The notes under the pieces were generated by a model. That model was not told the origin of the DNA and made no database searches. It was given only the letters and a program-made list of their open reading frames with translations. A DNA stretch of 64,000 bases. Source: a virus. Numbering within the stretch: the first letter of the stretch is position 1; every line of letters begins with the position of its first letter. Location: IMG/VR virus record IMGVR_UViG_3300030451_005868, positions 1 to 64,000 of that record; one strand, 5' to 3'. Of this stretch, positions 37,160 to 47,361 are shown in pieces. Position numbers and translations under genes: made by a program.

Positions 37160-38354
37160 AAATTTTAAACTCCTTATCCAGTTCTGGAAAAGTTTTGGCA
37201 AAATTTTCCTTACGAATATAGTCCACAGATTTAATGGAACTTATTAATTTGTTATACCAATTTTCAACTTTTTTTCCAGGAGTATCTTTAAGGTAGTCCA
37301 AAGCAGACTGTAATTCAGATTTGTATATATCGCATTTTTTTATTTTTTCTAAAACTTTATTTTTGAACGAAGTTGGCAATTGCTGAACATCATAAACTTC
37401 AGGTTGGTGTAAAACATTTATATACCAAAAATCAGGCTCCCATTCTTTTACAACTTTTGCTAATTCGTCAAGATAAAAAATGTTGAAAAAATTAATTGTA
37501 GTGCAAACCTGAATAGATAAATTTTTTAATCCACTTGCCTTAAATTTTTCAATATTTTTCTTAACTTCGATCCATTTAGCATTTGTCCTTTGGTATTCAA
37601 AACGGTCTCCCACATCATCTATACTAAATGCTACTTCTATTCTTTTGAAATGCGGCCATATGTCCTTTATTGCTTTATCAGGATACTGTGTGCCGTTTGT
37701 ATTGTAATGTACGTCAATTAATTTTGAAGACCCTTTATCTATACACTTTTGTAAAATATCAAATTGTTCTTTTATCATTAAAGGCTCACCGCCTGTGATT
37801 TCAAAAAATCTAATTTGTTCCACATGCTCAGCAATACTATCTAAAAAAGCATTTTTTTCTCTCGGCCAGGCTCCCTCTTTATTATATTGTTTCCATTGTT
37901 TATCTTGGTCTGGATTTAATTTAATCATATCGGATACCCATTGCGAACTTGAATGTGGTGAACATATCCTACATTTCAAGTTGCAAATATTTCCAAGTTT
38001 TAGATCAATAAAATGCGGAGCAACGATGTTTTTCTTAATGGCATACTGACCTAACGTGCCCGCCTTATTCCACATGTGCTGTCTTTTTGAAGTTTTACCC
38101 ACTGCTTCCTCCTTCCAGCAACTGGAACATCCATCTGGCCTTTTTCCATCTAAAAACTCTTGCCTTAAAGTGTCCATAAAATTTGAATTTTGAACTTCTT
38201 TAATTTTGTTTTTTAATGTTGTGTATCTATTGTTATTACTATCTGTAATTGTTCCTTTGTATAGACAACACGGCCTATAGTTACCGGTTGCAGTGGTCTC
38301 TAGTGAAGTCCACGGAAGATGACACAAATTAGAATCTAAATACTGTGCCACCAT
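37152..38354 (-). CDS. radical SAM protein with N-terminal twitch/SPASM-like domain
   Basis: N-terminal 'CHLPW...RPCC...C..CW'; core 'CNLKCRIC', 'TGGEP', 'YNTNGT', 'SIDD'. Confidence 0.88.
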   Translation of the reverse strand: MVAQYLDSNLCHLPWTSLETTATGNYRPCCLYKGTITDSNNNRYTTLKNKIKEVQNSNFMDTLRQEFLDGKRPDGCSSCWKEEAVGKTSKRQHMWNKAGTLGQYAIKKNIVAPHFIDLKLGNICNLKCRICSPHSSSQWVSDMIKLNPDQDKQWKQYNKEGAWPREKNAFLDSIAEHVEQIRFFEITGGEPLMIKEQFDILQKCIDKGSSKLIDVHYNTNGTQYPDKAIKDIWPHFKRIEVAFSIDDVGDRFEYQRTNAKWIEVKKNIEKFKASGLKNLSIQVCTTINFFNIFYLDELAKVVKEWEPDFWYINVLHQPEVYDVQQLPTSFKNKVLEKIKKCDIYKSELQSALDYLKDTPGKKVENWYNKLISSIKSVDYIRKENFAKTFPELDKEFKIYE

Positions 38355-39670
38355 TGCAATACCTCTGGATCTCTCGCCAATATTTTTTTAATATCTGTAC
38401 CTCTTATTCTATCTATTCTTTCACACTCTGCTTTGCCATCTTTCCAACCTTGCCTGCAGGTCTTGTCATCATATTTTTCTTCATTTGTAGGAGTATCCAA
38501 AATATTTTGTAAATTTGTAAAAAAATTGAAATTTAAAACATTCTGTTTTTCATTTTCATATTTTTTAAGAGTTTTGTTTATAATTTTGTGTAATAATTTT
38601 TTTGGCAAAAAACTTGGACTACTGTAAGTGTCAGGAGAAAAGTTAAAAACTTTTTTACATAATAATGGAATTTTTAGTGTTTTATGTAAATCATACATTC
38701 CTTCTAAATCAAATAGTCCAGGCAAAGTAACTGTGAGATCTAGTTGTAATTGCCTTGGGTGTTTTGTAAATTTTTTTGCATACTGCATGTTTTCAAACCA
38801 TTGCTTGTAATTTAAGCCTGTCCTGACATATTCACCTACCTCTCCTGTTCCGTCGATGGAGGCATTGATTTGCCAGTCATTAAATTTTGATAAAAGATCG
38901 TCAAATAAATTTAAACCAAAAAAGTCTATTCTGCTCATGTTTGAATTATATCTTGCAAAAACTGAATTGGCATAGCCTAGTTCTACGACTCGTTGCATGG
39001 CTGTCCAATGTATTTTCCACATCAATGGCTCTCCCCCACACCAATAAAATTCTTTGATACTTTTATTTTCAACAGCATTCATAAATTCTTTAACCACATG
39101 CTGATCGTGAAATTTTTGTAGATGCTCTTTCACATCTTTTCTTCCCCATATGTGTTTTGTTTCGTAGCGTTCGGCCCTTCCGTGTTTTTTATTTTCTGCT
39201 TCCCAACTGCTTGAAAGCATGTCTCCACACATTCTACAACTAAAATTACAAAGATTTGAAAAACGATAGTCCCAACTTGTTACTTGCATAGTGGTTGCAC
39301 CTGTTTCATCTGTGCTCTCAAACGCCTCGTCAATTTGATTTTGATAAAACCTATTGAAATGCTGTCGATAAACATTGGCATTTAACAACTTATGATTACA
39401 TGTTGCACATTGCGATATCTCTTCACCAGCCATAAGTTTCAGTCTAATATCCTTCATGTAAGCACTATTCCAATGTTCATCTAAAGTGGTTAACTTTAAT
39501 TGGTCCGCATTTTTAGTCACAGACTCGGTATCAATATACTGATTAAAATTTTGCGATTGTTCACGACTAGCACAACACAATCTTCTTTCCATTTGCGGAG
39601 AAATAAATGTATGGGTCCACGGAGCCATACAAAACCTTTTGTTGCCTTCGTTTGGTTTAATTCTTTTCAT
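38336..39670 (-). CDS. radical SAM protein with N-terminal twitch/SPASM-like domain
   Basis: 'CMAPW...RLCC...CATC'; core 'CNFSCRMC', 'CGGEP', 'YNSN', 'SIDG'; ATG 39670 preferred over TTG 39679. Confidence 0.88.
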   Translation of the reverse strand: MKRIKPNEGNKRFCMAPWTHTFISPQMERRLCCASREQSQNFNQYIDTESVTKNADQLKLTTLDEHWNSAYMKDIRLKLMAGEEISQCATCNHKLLNANVYRQHFNRFYQNQIDEAFESTDETGATTMQVTSWDYRFSNLCNFSCRMCGDMLSSSWEAENKKHGRAERYETKHIWGRKDVKEHLQKFHDQHVVKEFMNAVENKSIKEFYWCGGEPLMWKIHWTAMQRVVELGYANSVFARYNSNMSRIDFFGLNLFDDLLSKFNDWQINASIDGTGEVGEYVRTGLNYKQWFENMQYAKKFTKHPRQLQLDLTVTLPGLFDLEGMYDLHKTLKIPLLCKKVFNFSPDTYSSPSFLPKKLLHKIINKTLKKYENEKQNVLNFNFFTNLQNILDTPTNEEKYDDKTCRQGWKDGKAECERIDRIRGTDIKKILARDPEVLQWWHSI

Positions 39671-40949
39671 ATTTGTCAAATAAATCTTTCCATTCTGGAA
39701 ATATATCTATAAAGTTTTCATCTCTTATTTTGTCATATCTTCTAGTTTGAGAGAAGAAATTATCAAGATGTTTTTGATTATCAGTTTTAAACATCCAATC
39801 CAGGGCAGATTGATAACCTTTCGTGGCCCTAGTCAAATGATCTTGTGTTGCAATCCATTTAATGTGTGTATCGTATTTTTCTTTGACCTGCTGTTTGAAT
39901 TCAGGTGGCAATATGTCCATTCTTTGCCATGTTGGATGTTGTAATAAATTAAAATTAAAATCTTGAGGTTTGATCAATCCTTGTTCGACCCAACTTTTAT
40001 GAAAATCACATACATGTAGACTGTTGGCTAAACCAACCGTAGAACTAATATAAAAATCAACTTGTGGACAAACTTGCATCATTCTTTTTCTATTTTCCAC
40101 AGTCTCTTCCCACTTGGTGCCTTTTCGCATAAGTTCTGCCCTATCCCATTCAGCGTCCAGACTGGCTCCAACAGATACAGAATCAAATTTATTCCAAAGT
40201 TCAAACACATCAATATCCTTAAATTTAGTACGACTGAAATTGGTGTTATAAATTAGTCTCACATGATACATTTTACGTTTGTCTAATTCTTTTAGAATTC
40301 TATAATGCTCCTCCATTATTATAGGTTCACCACCTGCAAAATAAAACTGCTCAGTATGATCAAATGACTCCAACATCTGTTCCCATAAGTCATTGGTGTG
40401 CCTTCCTACTTTCATTACCTTAGCATGTGGCGGTGGAGAACCTGTGAGTTTTTTATGGTCTTCATACCAATTAGAACTGAACCAAGTTCCACAACTTCTA
40501 CAAGCCATATTACATAGATTGGAAAAACGTATATCCCAATATTTCATTACAAAATCTGCAGTGCCGTCAGGCTTGGTTGAATCCACTAAGCCTATGTTGT
40601 GTCCAAAGTGTTTGTTAGAACTAAGACGCAGACTAAAAAAACCAGATTTCTCTTGATCATAACACTTTAAACATTCACGAGATTTTTTGTTGTTTAGCAT
40701 TCGAAGTCTCATCTCCTTCATTTTGTCACCATTGAAAACTTCTTTCAAACTGTTTTTGTTAAGATTCCCAACATCATAAGGGTCAAAAGCAAAACAGCAA
40801 GGATATGCCCTACCATCTGGATACGCATGAAGATGCATCCAAGGAAGCATACAAAAAGATTCTGATTCTATCAATAACTCCTTCTGTCTAGGAGTCATAT
40901 CTTTTATTTTTAATTTTTCAGGCTCTTTGGCCCCGTACTCATATGCCAT
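39657..40949 (-). CDS. radical SAM protein with N-terminal twitch/SPASM-like domain
   Basis: 'CMLPW...YPCC...CLKC'; core 'CNMACRSC', 'AGGEP', 'YNTN', 'SLDA'. Confidence 0.88.
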   Translation of the reverse strand: MAYEYGAKEPEKLKIKDMTPRQKELLIESESFCMLPWMHLHAYPDGRAYPCCFAFDPYDVGNLNKNSLKEVFNGDKMKEMRLRMLNNKKSRECLKCYDQEKSGFFSLRLSSNKHFGHNIGLVDSTKPDGTADFVMKYWDIRFSNLCNMACRSCGTWFSSNWYEDHKKLTGSPPPHAKVMKVGRHTNDLWEQMLESFDHTEQFYFAGGEPIIMEEHYRILKELDKRKMYHVRLIYNTNFSRTKFKDIDVFELWNKFDSVSVGASLDAEWDRAELMRKGTKWEETVENRKRMMQVCPQVDFYISSTVGLANSLHVCDFHKSWVEQGLIKPQDFNFNLLQHPTWQRMDILPPEFKQQVKEKYDTHIKWIATQDHLTRATKGYQSALDWMFKTDNQKHLDNFFSQTRRYDKIRDENFIDIFPEWKDLFDKYEKN

Positions 40950-42984
40950 TGTACCATTCTCCTATTATTGGAAAAGTTTTTTCAAAACTCTTGCCTCTAC
41001 GTGTATCGTATTGACTGTAGAAAACTTTAAAGTCTTTTTGTAATTTATCTTGTGTAGCCGCACCAGCGTGTGGAGTTTTAACCACATCCAAATAATCTAT
41101 CAGCCTTTTTGTGTGTTCTATTTCCATGCCCTCTAACCATTTCTCATTATTAGTTAAGAACTTTTCAATATCACCCTTAAATTTATTTCTAAGATCATCT
41201 GGTAGCACTAAAGGCGATTGAAAACTAGGAAACCTAAGTATATTCAACGTAAAGTTAATTGATCTTTTATGATGTTTCATGCCTACAAGTATTTCTAAAA
41301 ATTTTGATAATGACTCTAAACATAGTGCGTTAATTGTACACATATTATGGACACTGTTTGGCACTCCAGATAAAATTATATCATTTAAATTTTCGTACCA
41401 GTATTCAAAATCCATGCCATCCCTGATATATTCTGCCTGTTGAAATACTGATTCATTTGAGGTATATAAATCCACTGCATGAAAATTCCAAAGTTTTTTC
41501 TTAAATCTTTCTATTATTTCCTTTTTGGCACCAAGATTTGTGTTAATTGCTAGTCGCATATTTGGATTAATTTTATCACCTTGCGTTTCAATCCAATCTA
41601 AGAGACGCCATAAATTAGGAGACATCATTGGCTCTCCCCCAGTAATTCTTAATTCATCTAAAGTTTTATGAAGATCACTTTCCCACCATTTGTAAAATGC
41701 CTCCACATATGGATTGGTTTCATCTTTTTTATATGGCTCTGCAGATTCATGACTATGAGTAAAATGATTACGACCGTCTGATTGTAGTCCAGTATATGGT
41801 CCTTTTTGCTTGATGTCATTTGCCCAGGTTGTACTAAAAGCAGGATTACAATATGTGCAGGCAAATTGACAAGTTCTGTCAAACGCAATTTCTAAAGTTT
41901 TCAAGTTGTGATTTGCTTGATGATTGGTTGCAAAAGCAGTATGCAAATCTTCATTAGTAAAAATTTTACTTTTATATACTCTATCACTAATTGCATTACG
42001 ACCCATGTCCTCAATTTTCCAACAATATTCGCAACCAGCAGGTCTTTCGCCGCACTGCATCTGCCTACGCTGTTCTTTTTTTTGTTTGGTATTGTGTATT
42101 GCACTTGGGTTAGTTTTTATCTCTTCTAGATCAATTTTGTGTGGCAATGGATGATGACAACTTGTAGTCATACCTGAACCTAGCCATATAGTGGCATTAT
42201 ACCATTTGGCTCCGCAAAAACTTGCTGACTTTGTATCTAATACTTGTTTTTTATAATCTATATCATTCATGGTATTTTGCACATGGTCATCTTTTTTAAA
42301 TAATTTTTCAAACTTATCATTTGGCAAAAAATTTTCTGTCTTCAAAATAATGTTTTTTGCCCAATAGTACTGTGCCAACCTAGATGCATCATGTTCACTT
42401 TGACTGTTTTTATTTGCATAATCTGTAGTGAATTCTTTTATTCCTTTCTTGCCATCATAAAAAATAAACTTACTCCAATCAATTTCGTTGTATAATCTTT
42501 TTTCACTTATACTTGAGAATGTATTTCTTAACACATCTTTATGCTCAATCATCATTGTAAAACTAATGCTTTGACTAGTGAGAAATTGTTGTGTGCGTAA
42601 AATGTGTTCTAGTGTTCTATAATATTGTCTGTCTAAATTGAAAAAATGTTTATTATAAAACTCATGTTTCTCTTTCTGTGGGTGTTGTCCATAAGCAACC
42701 TTAAAATTAGTGTTTTGATCTTTAACAACTAATGATTCACTTCCTAAAACATAATCTTTTTGTACAACTTCATATTTCTCTGGTCCAGTCCACATCACAT
42801 AAAGATGACTTATTAAAGATCTTAATTCTAAAACGCTATCAATTACTTTCCTGCTGATTGTCTCATTACTTGCATTTTTAAAAGAAAAGGTTTCATAGTC
42901 TTTTCCTTGTAATTCTGCCAAATACCTTGGCCATGACCAACCAGTATTTTTGTACCCACCCCATCCGTGACAAACTATTTTCAT
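40939..42984 (-). CDS. fusion: degenerate SGNH-like N-terminal domain plus twitch-radical SAM protein
   Basis: First ~238 aa 'SWP.YLA...NASNETI...VMWTG'; then 'MNDID..CGAKW...SCHH...CEYCW', 'CQFACTYC', 'TGGEP', 'NTN'. Confidence 0.82.
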   Translation of the reverse strand: MKIVCHGWGGYKNTGWSWPRYLAELQGKDYETFSFKNASNETISRKVIDSVLELRSLISHLYVMWTGPEKYEVVQKDYVLGSESLVVKDQNTNFKVAYGQHPQKEKHEFYNKHFFNLDRQYYRTLEHILRTQQFLTSQSISFTMMIEHKDVLRNTFSSISEKRLYNEIDWSKFIFYDGKKGIKEFTTDYANKNSQSEHDASRLAQYYWAKNIILKTENFLPNDKFEKLFKKDDHVQNTMNDIDYKKQVLDTKSASFCGAKWYNATIWLGSGMTTSCHHPLPHKIDLEEIKTNPSAIHNTKQKKEQRRQMQCGERPAGCEYCWKIEDMGRNAISDRVYKSKIFTNEDLHTAFATNHQANHNLKTLEIAFDRTCQFACTYCNPAFSTTWANDIKQKGPYTGLQSDGRNHFTHSHESAEPYKKDETNPYVEAFYKWWESDLHKTLDELRITGGEPMMSPNLWRLLDWIETQGDKINPNMRLAINTNLGAKKEIIERFKKKLWNFHAVDLYTSNESVFQQAEYIRDGMDFEYWYENLNDIILSGVPNSVHNMCTINALCLESLSKFLEILVGMKHHKRSINFTLNILRFPSFQSPLVLPDDLRNKFKGDIEKFLTNNEKWLEGMEIEHTKRLIDYLDVVKTPHAGAATQDKLQKDFKVFYSQYDTRRGKSFEKTFPIIGEWYNGI

Positions 42985-44351
42985 GCGTTTTTACACTCCT
43001 GCCAAAATTCTATCATTTCTGGAAATGTGTTTTGAAAATTAGTGTTGCGTCTGCGATCGTGTTCGTTAAAAAATGCGTAAAAGTTCTTTTTTAGCATAGC
43101 ACTTGCGTTTGCGTTTTTTTTCCAGTAAGCAAGATTGCGAAGCATTTTTTGAATCTCAAAGTCCTTGAACTTGTCAAACCCTTTGCCCTCTCCAGAATTT
43201 TGCCTCATGTATTCTATGTTGTCCTCGTGAATGCTCATATATGACTCAGGTAACAGAGTGATCTGTTGCCACACCGGTTGTCTCAACAGGGGCACATCAA
43301 ACCACACACGTTGATACTCCTTGCTGTATTTCTGTCTAAGATCCAATATCTTTTCCAGTAGTTTGTCCATGCTGGTTATACTGAGGTTGTTGTATGTGCA
43401 AATAAACGTTATGCTGTTTCTGTAGGGTATTCGGTACAGAAATTCCTCCACATTGTCCATCATGCGATTGAAGTCCAGTCCGTTACGTATGTACTCAGCA
43501 CGTTTGCCATAAGCATCCACACTCACAAACTGCATCACGTGTTCAACTTTTTTTTGCAGGCATATCTCCTGCAACATGTTGAAATATCTAGTTTTCAACT
43601 TCACATCCGGTGGACACATGTTGCTGGTGATGTTCAAATGCAGATCCTGTTTGGGATGATCTATTATGTATTGAAACACCTTGTATGTGTTTTTGTCCAT
43701 CATGGGTTCACCTCCGGTCATACGAAAGTGTTTTAGATTTTTGTATAGGTCAGGCCACCACTTCCAGAATGCTTCCACGTAAGGATTTGATTCACGTTGT
43801 GGTATGGGTCTCTTCCTGCCTTGAAAGTGTTCTGGAGCGTTGTGTGGTGGCGATGTGGGAAACTCACCGTAAAGGTCTGTTTCTTTGCCCCAGGCAGTGG
43901 AAAACTGTGGCGAACAGTAACTACACTTGAAATTACAAGCATGGTTAAAATTGACTTCCACGTACCTGGGAGTCCAACTTGTGGTCATTGGATTTTGTTT
44001 GATGGCCTCAAAGTCCTGCATGGCCCATGGTTCACCTGATCTATAATGTCTGTCTGACATTTCACCGGTGTCTTCCATTTTCCAGCAGTAGGAACATCCG
44101 TCTGGACGTTCGCCTTGTAGCATCTTGAATCTTTGATCTAGTTTTTCTGCGGTGTTGTGCAGTGCCGCAGGATTGGTTTTCACTGCTTCTGCATCTATTT
44201 CGTGCAAGGGAGGGTGATAACAACTGTTGGTCAAACCAGTGGGCAGATGGAAACTGACTTGATTCCACTTGGCCAAACACATGGTAGGCGACACTTCCTG
44301 TAATTTTATCTGTGCCCGATGTGCATCTGCTTTATAATCACTGGTACTCAC
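42981..44351 (-). CDS. radical SAM protein with N-terminal twitch/SPASM-like domain
   Basis: 'CLAKW...SCYH...CSYCW'; core 'CNFKCSYC', 'TGGEP', 'TSN', 'SVDA'. Confidence 0.88.
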   Translation of the reverse strand: MSTSDYKADAHRAQIKLQEVSPTMCLAKWNQVSFHLPTGLTNSCYHPPLHEIDAEAVKTNPAALHNTAEKLDQRFKMLQGERPDGCSYCWKMEDTGEMSDRHYRSGEPWAMQDFEAIKQNPMTTSWTPRYVEVNFNHACNFKCSYCSPQFSTAWGKETDLYGEFPTSPPHNAPEHFQGRKRPIPQRESNPYVEAFWKWWPDLYKNLKHFRMTGGEPMMDKNTYKVFQYIIDHPKQDLHLNITSNMCPPDVKLKTRYFNMLQEICLQKKVEHVMQFVSVDAYGKRAEYIRNGLDFNRMMDNVEEFLYRIPYRNSITFICTYNNLSITSMDKLLEKILDLRQKYSKEYQRVWFDVPLLRQPVWQQITLLPESYMSIHEDNIEYMRQNSGEGKGFDKFKDFEIQKMLRNLAYWKKNANASAMLKKNFYAFFNEHDRRRNTNFQNTFPEMIEFWQECKNA

Positions 44352-45234
44352 GATCTTGCACTCCTCTGTTGATGTGTGGTGGCATCACAAACCTATAAAA
44401 CACACTTTCACTATCATTGTATTCTGCTATGGGCATGGCCAGTTGCTGTCTAAGACTGTTGCCAAACAATTGAAGTTCTTCGTCTATGTCATTGTCTTTG
44501 ACTTCCTGAAAATATTTCGCCAACTCTGACAGATCTCTCACACTGAATATGTCATGTTTTTTTTCCAACACTGTGTAAAAGCAACCCATTCTTGCACCCA
44601 ACATTGCCCACTTGCCATAAGATTGGTCCGCACCAATTGTACACCATGTGCTCAGTATCCGCAAGTTATTGGGCCACATTTTTTTGAAATCACCTGCAGG
44701 AATAGGCTTGCCTTTGTCTGTGCTCATTTTTACACCTTCTCTCCATCCGGCCACAAATGCCTGCTCTGCGGAGGAATTGATCACAGTGGTTGAATAACAA
44801 TTGTGTAAATTTTCATGTGGAACTCCCCAACAAAAGTCAATTTGATTTTCTTCCGAGTCTGCGTTTTCGTGTGTTCTCATACCAAGGCAAGTCTGCTTGT
44901 CCCAACCCACGATGCCACCATTGCCGTACACCAATCCATTCACACTGTTACGGCCTCTCCATCTATGCACTGCTTTTCGATTGGTTTTGCTCCAGTCCAG
45001 TGTTTCAAGTAAGAATTTTTCGTCCAATATATTATCACCGTCTATGCTGATAAAAAAATCAGTCTGTGCCAGTTCCGCGGCGGCCTTGTGTGCAGAATCA
45101 AATCCCACAACACCGTCCACACGTTTTGCCCATGGCACTTTGTTTTTGAGGTCTGCCCAATTTTGTTCTTTGTTGGGTTCACGAAAACTTATAAAAACAA
45201 AATCTAAATCACTTACTCTGATTCTATCAGCCAT
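44338..45234 (-). CDS. GT-A fold glycosyltransferase-like protein
   Basis: 'DFVFISFREPN', 'HKAAA', DxD 'SIDGDN', 'NSVNGLVYGNGG', 'GWREGVKM'; paralogous to the C-terminal domain of 30946-33261. Confidence 0.7.
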   Translation of the reverse strand: MADRIRVSDLDFVFISFREPNKEQNWADLKNKVPWAKRVDGVVGFDSAHKAAAELAQTDFFISIDGDNILDEKFLLETLDWSKTNRKAVHRWRGRNSVNGLVYGNGGIVGWDKQTCLGMRTHENADSEENQIDFCWGVPHENLHNCYSTTVINSSAEQAFVAGWREGVKMSTDKGKPIPAGDFKKMWPNNLRILSTWCTIGADQSYGKWAMLGARMGCFYTVLEKKHDIFSVRDLSELAKYFQEVKDNDIDEELQLFGNSLRQQLAMPIAEYNDSESVFYRFVMPPHINRGVQDREYQ

Positions 45235-45518
45235 GTGTCTCCTCCATCAACCACTGCGTTGGGCCAGTGAATATCACCCTGTTCAAAACTATACCCTCGT
45301 GTAGAACTTTGTAATACTGAATATTGTGTTTTGCGTTTTTGTTTTGTTCTTAAAGCAGGTCCAAATTTAGTCCATGCATAGTTTTCTTCACCTTGCTTGA
45401 TTATTTCTAATTTTTTCTGTAAACTAACTTCACACTTTTTGCCTTGAATCATAACAAAATGTTTTTTCTCCCTCACAGGCGGCAAGTTACGTATGGCGTC
45501 CAGCAAACTATCTGACAT
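45213..45518 (-). CDS. hypothetical protein
   Basis: About 101 aa from ATG 45518 (MSDSLLDAIRNLPP); overlaps both neighbours. Confidence 0.5.
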   Translation of the reverse strand: MSDSLLDAIRNLPPVREKKHFVMIQGKKCEVSLQKKLEIIKQGEENYAWTKFGPALRTKQKRKTQYSVLQSSTRGYSFEQGDIHWPNAVVDGGDTWLIESE

Positions 45519-46296
45519 ACAAATCCTTTTCATGATAGTGCCACACACGTGTGATACGACTGTCACCTAAATATATGTTTTCTCCTGATCTGTTGGGATA
45601 GAGATACTCGTTTTGATTTTTGACATGCTGTAGATTGTTGACGGCTGGTTTGTGATGTAAAAATTTAAACCATTCATAGTCTATGAGATACTGATTTGTT
45701 GGGTCAATCAGTCTATAGGCCAAAGCATAAACCACATCTGTGCTTGGATATGTATCATGACAGTCAATCAACATGGTGGTTCTTACATATTTCCAGTTTT
45801 TGGTGATATATTCAGCCGTTTTAAAAAACTTTTGTGCCCATGTGCTTTTTCTAAAGTACATCAATCCATTGTAGATATTGGGCAATTGGTTTGTTTGCCA
45901 TAACTTTCTATATGGTGTATCTATGACCAGTTCGTCTTTGTAGTTTCTACAATTAACACTGAACACCAAGTTGTGTTGCCATAAGTGATACCACCACCAA
46001 TCAGTATTTGTGCTCCATAACATGTCACTTTCCAGTTTTATGGTGTGAGTAAAAGGTGAAACTGCAAATGCTTTGTATTCGTTTGCCCATTTTGTACTGT
46101 GTTCAGCACTTTCGTCGTTGTGCATCACTTTGACTAGATCAACAGCCGGATGTTCAAAAGCACTGGCCTTATCTGTAACCACGCAAATTTTGTTTTCTTT
46201 GTTGCAATATTTTATACTCTTGGCCAATTTGATACTGAGTTCAACATAATCTGTAGTTTCGTTATTTTGTGCAAACCATAAAAAACCCTTATGCAT
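45508..46296 (-). CDS. GT-A (GT8-like) glycosyltransferase-like protein
   Basis: 'Y..L...LAKSIK', 'SPFTHTIKLESDML' (ExD at the DxD position), 'NIYNGLMYFRKS', 'TDVVYALA'. Confidence 0.65.
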   Translation of the reverse strand: MHKGFLWFAQNNETTDYVELSIKLAKSIKYCNKENKICVVTDKASAFEHPAVDLVKVMHNDESAEHSTKWANEYKAFAVSPFTHTIKLESDMLWSTNTDWWWYHLWQHNLVFSVNCRNYKDELVIDTPYRKLWQTNQLPNIYNGLMYFRKSTWAQKFFKTAEYITKNWKYVRTTMLIDCHDTYPSTDVVYALAYRLIDPTNQYLIDYEWFKFLHHKPAVNNLQHVKNQNEYLYPNRSGENIYLGDSRITRVWHYHEKDLYVR

Positions 46297-47038
46297 TGGC
46301 CATCTCCTTGTTTAACACATGCACGTCTTGATTTTCTACATAATTTATTTCATCATTGTATTGCCATGCTATGCCCGTGTCTGACATTTTAACAATTTGA
46401 CAATCTGGCGGCAGTGTTGGCAACTTTAACGGGAGTGTGAAATACGGCATGAACCCATTAGACTGTTGTAGTGCAATGGCAAATGCATAGTCGTTACGAA
46501 ATTTTTTATCATATATTCTGTACATGTCTGTGAAATAAGCATAGAATGATTTTACATATTTTAAAGTATCAAAAACTCGTCTTGCACGTTTGCCTTTGCG
46601 GAAAATAAACACCGTGGCCCATACCATATCAATCATGCTGTATTTTCGGAAGTCAAAACTGTTCCTACCAGATAGGTCATGTGCTTGTTTACTGATTAAA
46701 AAATCGTAATCTGTGTCCAAAAATTGTTTTAGATTGTCAGTATAGACAAAATAATCTATATCCATAACCAATGTCACATCGTAGGGTGACAGTTCATACG
46801 CAAGATGTCTATCCACATTCAACCATTGTTCGCCATTTCTTGTGTTACCGTGTTCAGGTTCTACAAATTTGTAATTGATTAGGCCCAACGGCTTTAATTT
46901 TTTGAATGTATCAAAATTTGTAACAACTGTGATCTCTAATTGTAGATTTTTTTTGATTAGATACACACAGCGTTCTAATATTTTGTGATAATTTATTTTT
47001 TCTGTGTTAAAACAGAATAAAAGTACACCTTTTGTCAT
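46289..47038 (-). CDS. GT-A (GT8-like) glycosyltransferase-like protein
   Basis: 'AYELSPYDVTLVMDIDY' (DxD), 'WATVFIFRK', 'RNDYAFAIA', 'HVLNK'; paralogue of the adjacent gene. Confidence 0.7.
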   Translation of the reverse strand: MTKGVLLFCFNTEKINYHKILERCVYLIKKNLQLEITVVTNFDTFKKLKPLGLINYKFVEPEHGNTRNGEQWLNVDRHLAYELSPYDVTLVMDIDYFVYTDNLKQFLDTDYDFLISKQAHDLSGRNSFDFRKYSMIDMVWATVFIFRKGKRARRVFDTLKYVKSFYAYFTDMYRIYDKKFRNDYAFAIALQQSNGFMPYFTLPLKLPTLPPDCQIVKMSDTGIAWQYNDEINYVENQDVHVLNKEMANA

Positions 47039-47355
47039 TAGCCTTCTCGTTTTGCAAATGTTTTAGACATTTGGTGATACGAACTAATGGCTTCTTGATT
47101 TCTTTGTATTAATGTTTGTATAAATTCTGTAGGACTATCGATTTCTACAGGATTTTGATTGGTATCTAAAATAAAAAACTTGTCATTTGTTTCTGCAAGT
47201 GTTTTAGCCAAACAGATTGTTTCCGCATCTGCACGAAAGATATGTTCCTTGTATACCACAACAAGTCGCGAGTGTGCTTTCTCAATGGCATTGCGTTTTG
47301 CCACAGCCACATTGTATGAAAGATCTGATTGTTTTTTTAGTTCGCCAATGTCCAT
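47038..47355 (-). CDS. hypothetical phage protein, first gene of the modification operon
   Basis: 105 aa with 'ILDTNQNPVEI' motif; directly downstream of a consensus promoter. Confidence 0.6.
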   Translation of the reverse strand: MDIGELKKQSDLSYNVAVAKRNAIEKAHSRLVVVYKEHIFRADAETICLAKTLAETNDKFFILDTNQNPVEIDSPTEFIQTLIQRNQEAISSYHQMSKTFAKREG

Positions 47356-47361
47356 ACCACA

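Noticed and set aside
37152-44351. RiPP cluster reading of the radical SAM array
   Set aside because: No convincing precursor peptide, RRE/PqqD domain, peptidase or exporter; neighbours are sugar enzymes. Downgraded, not excluded.
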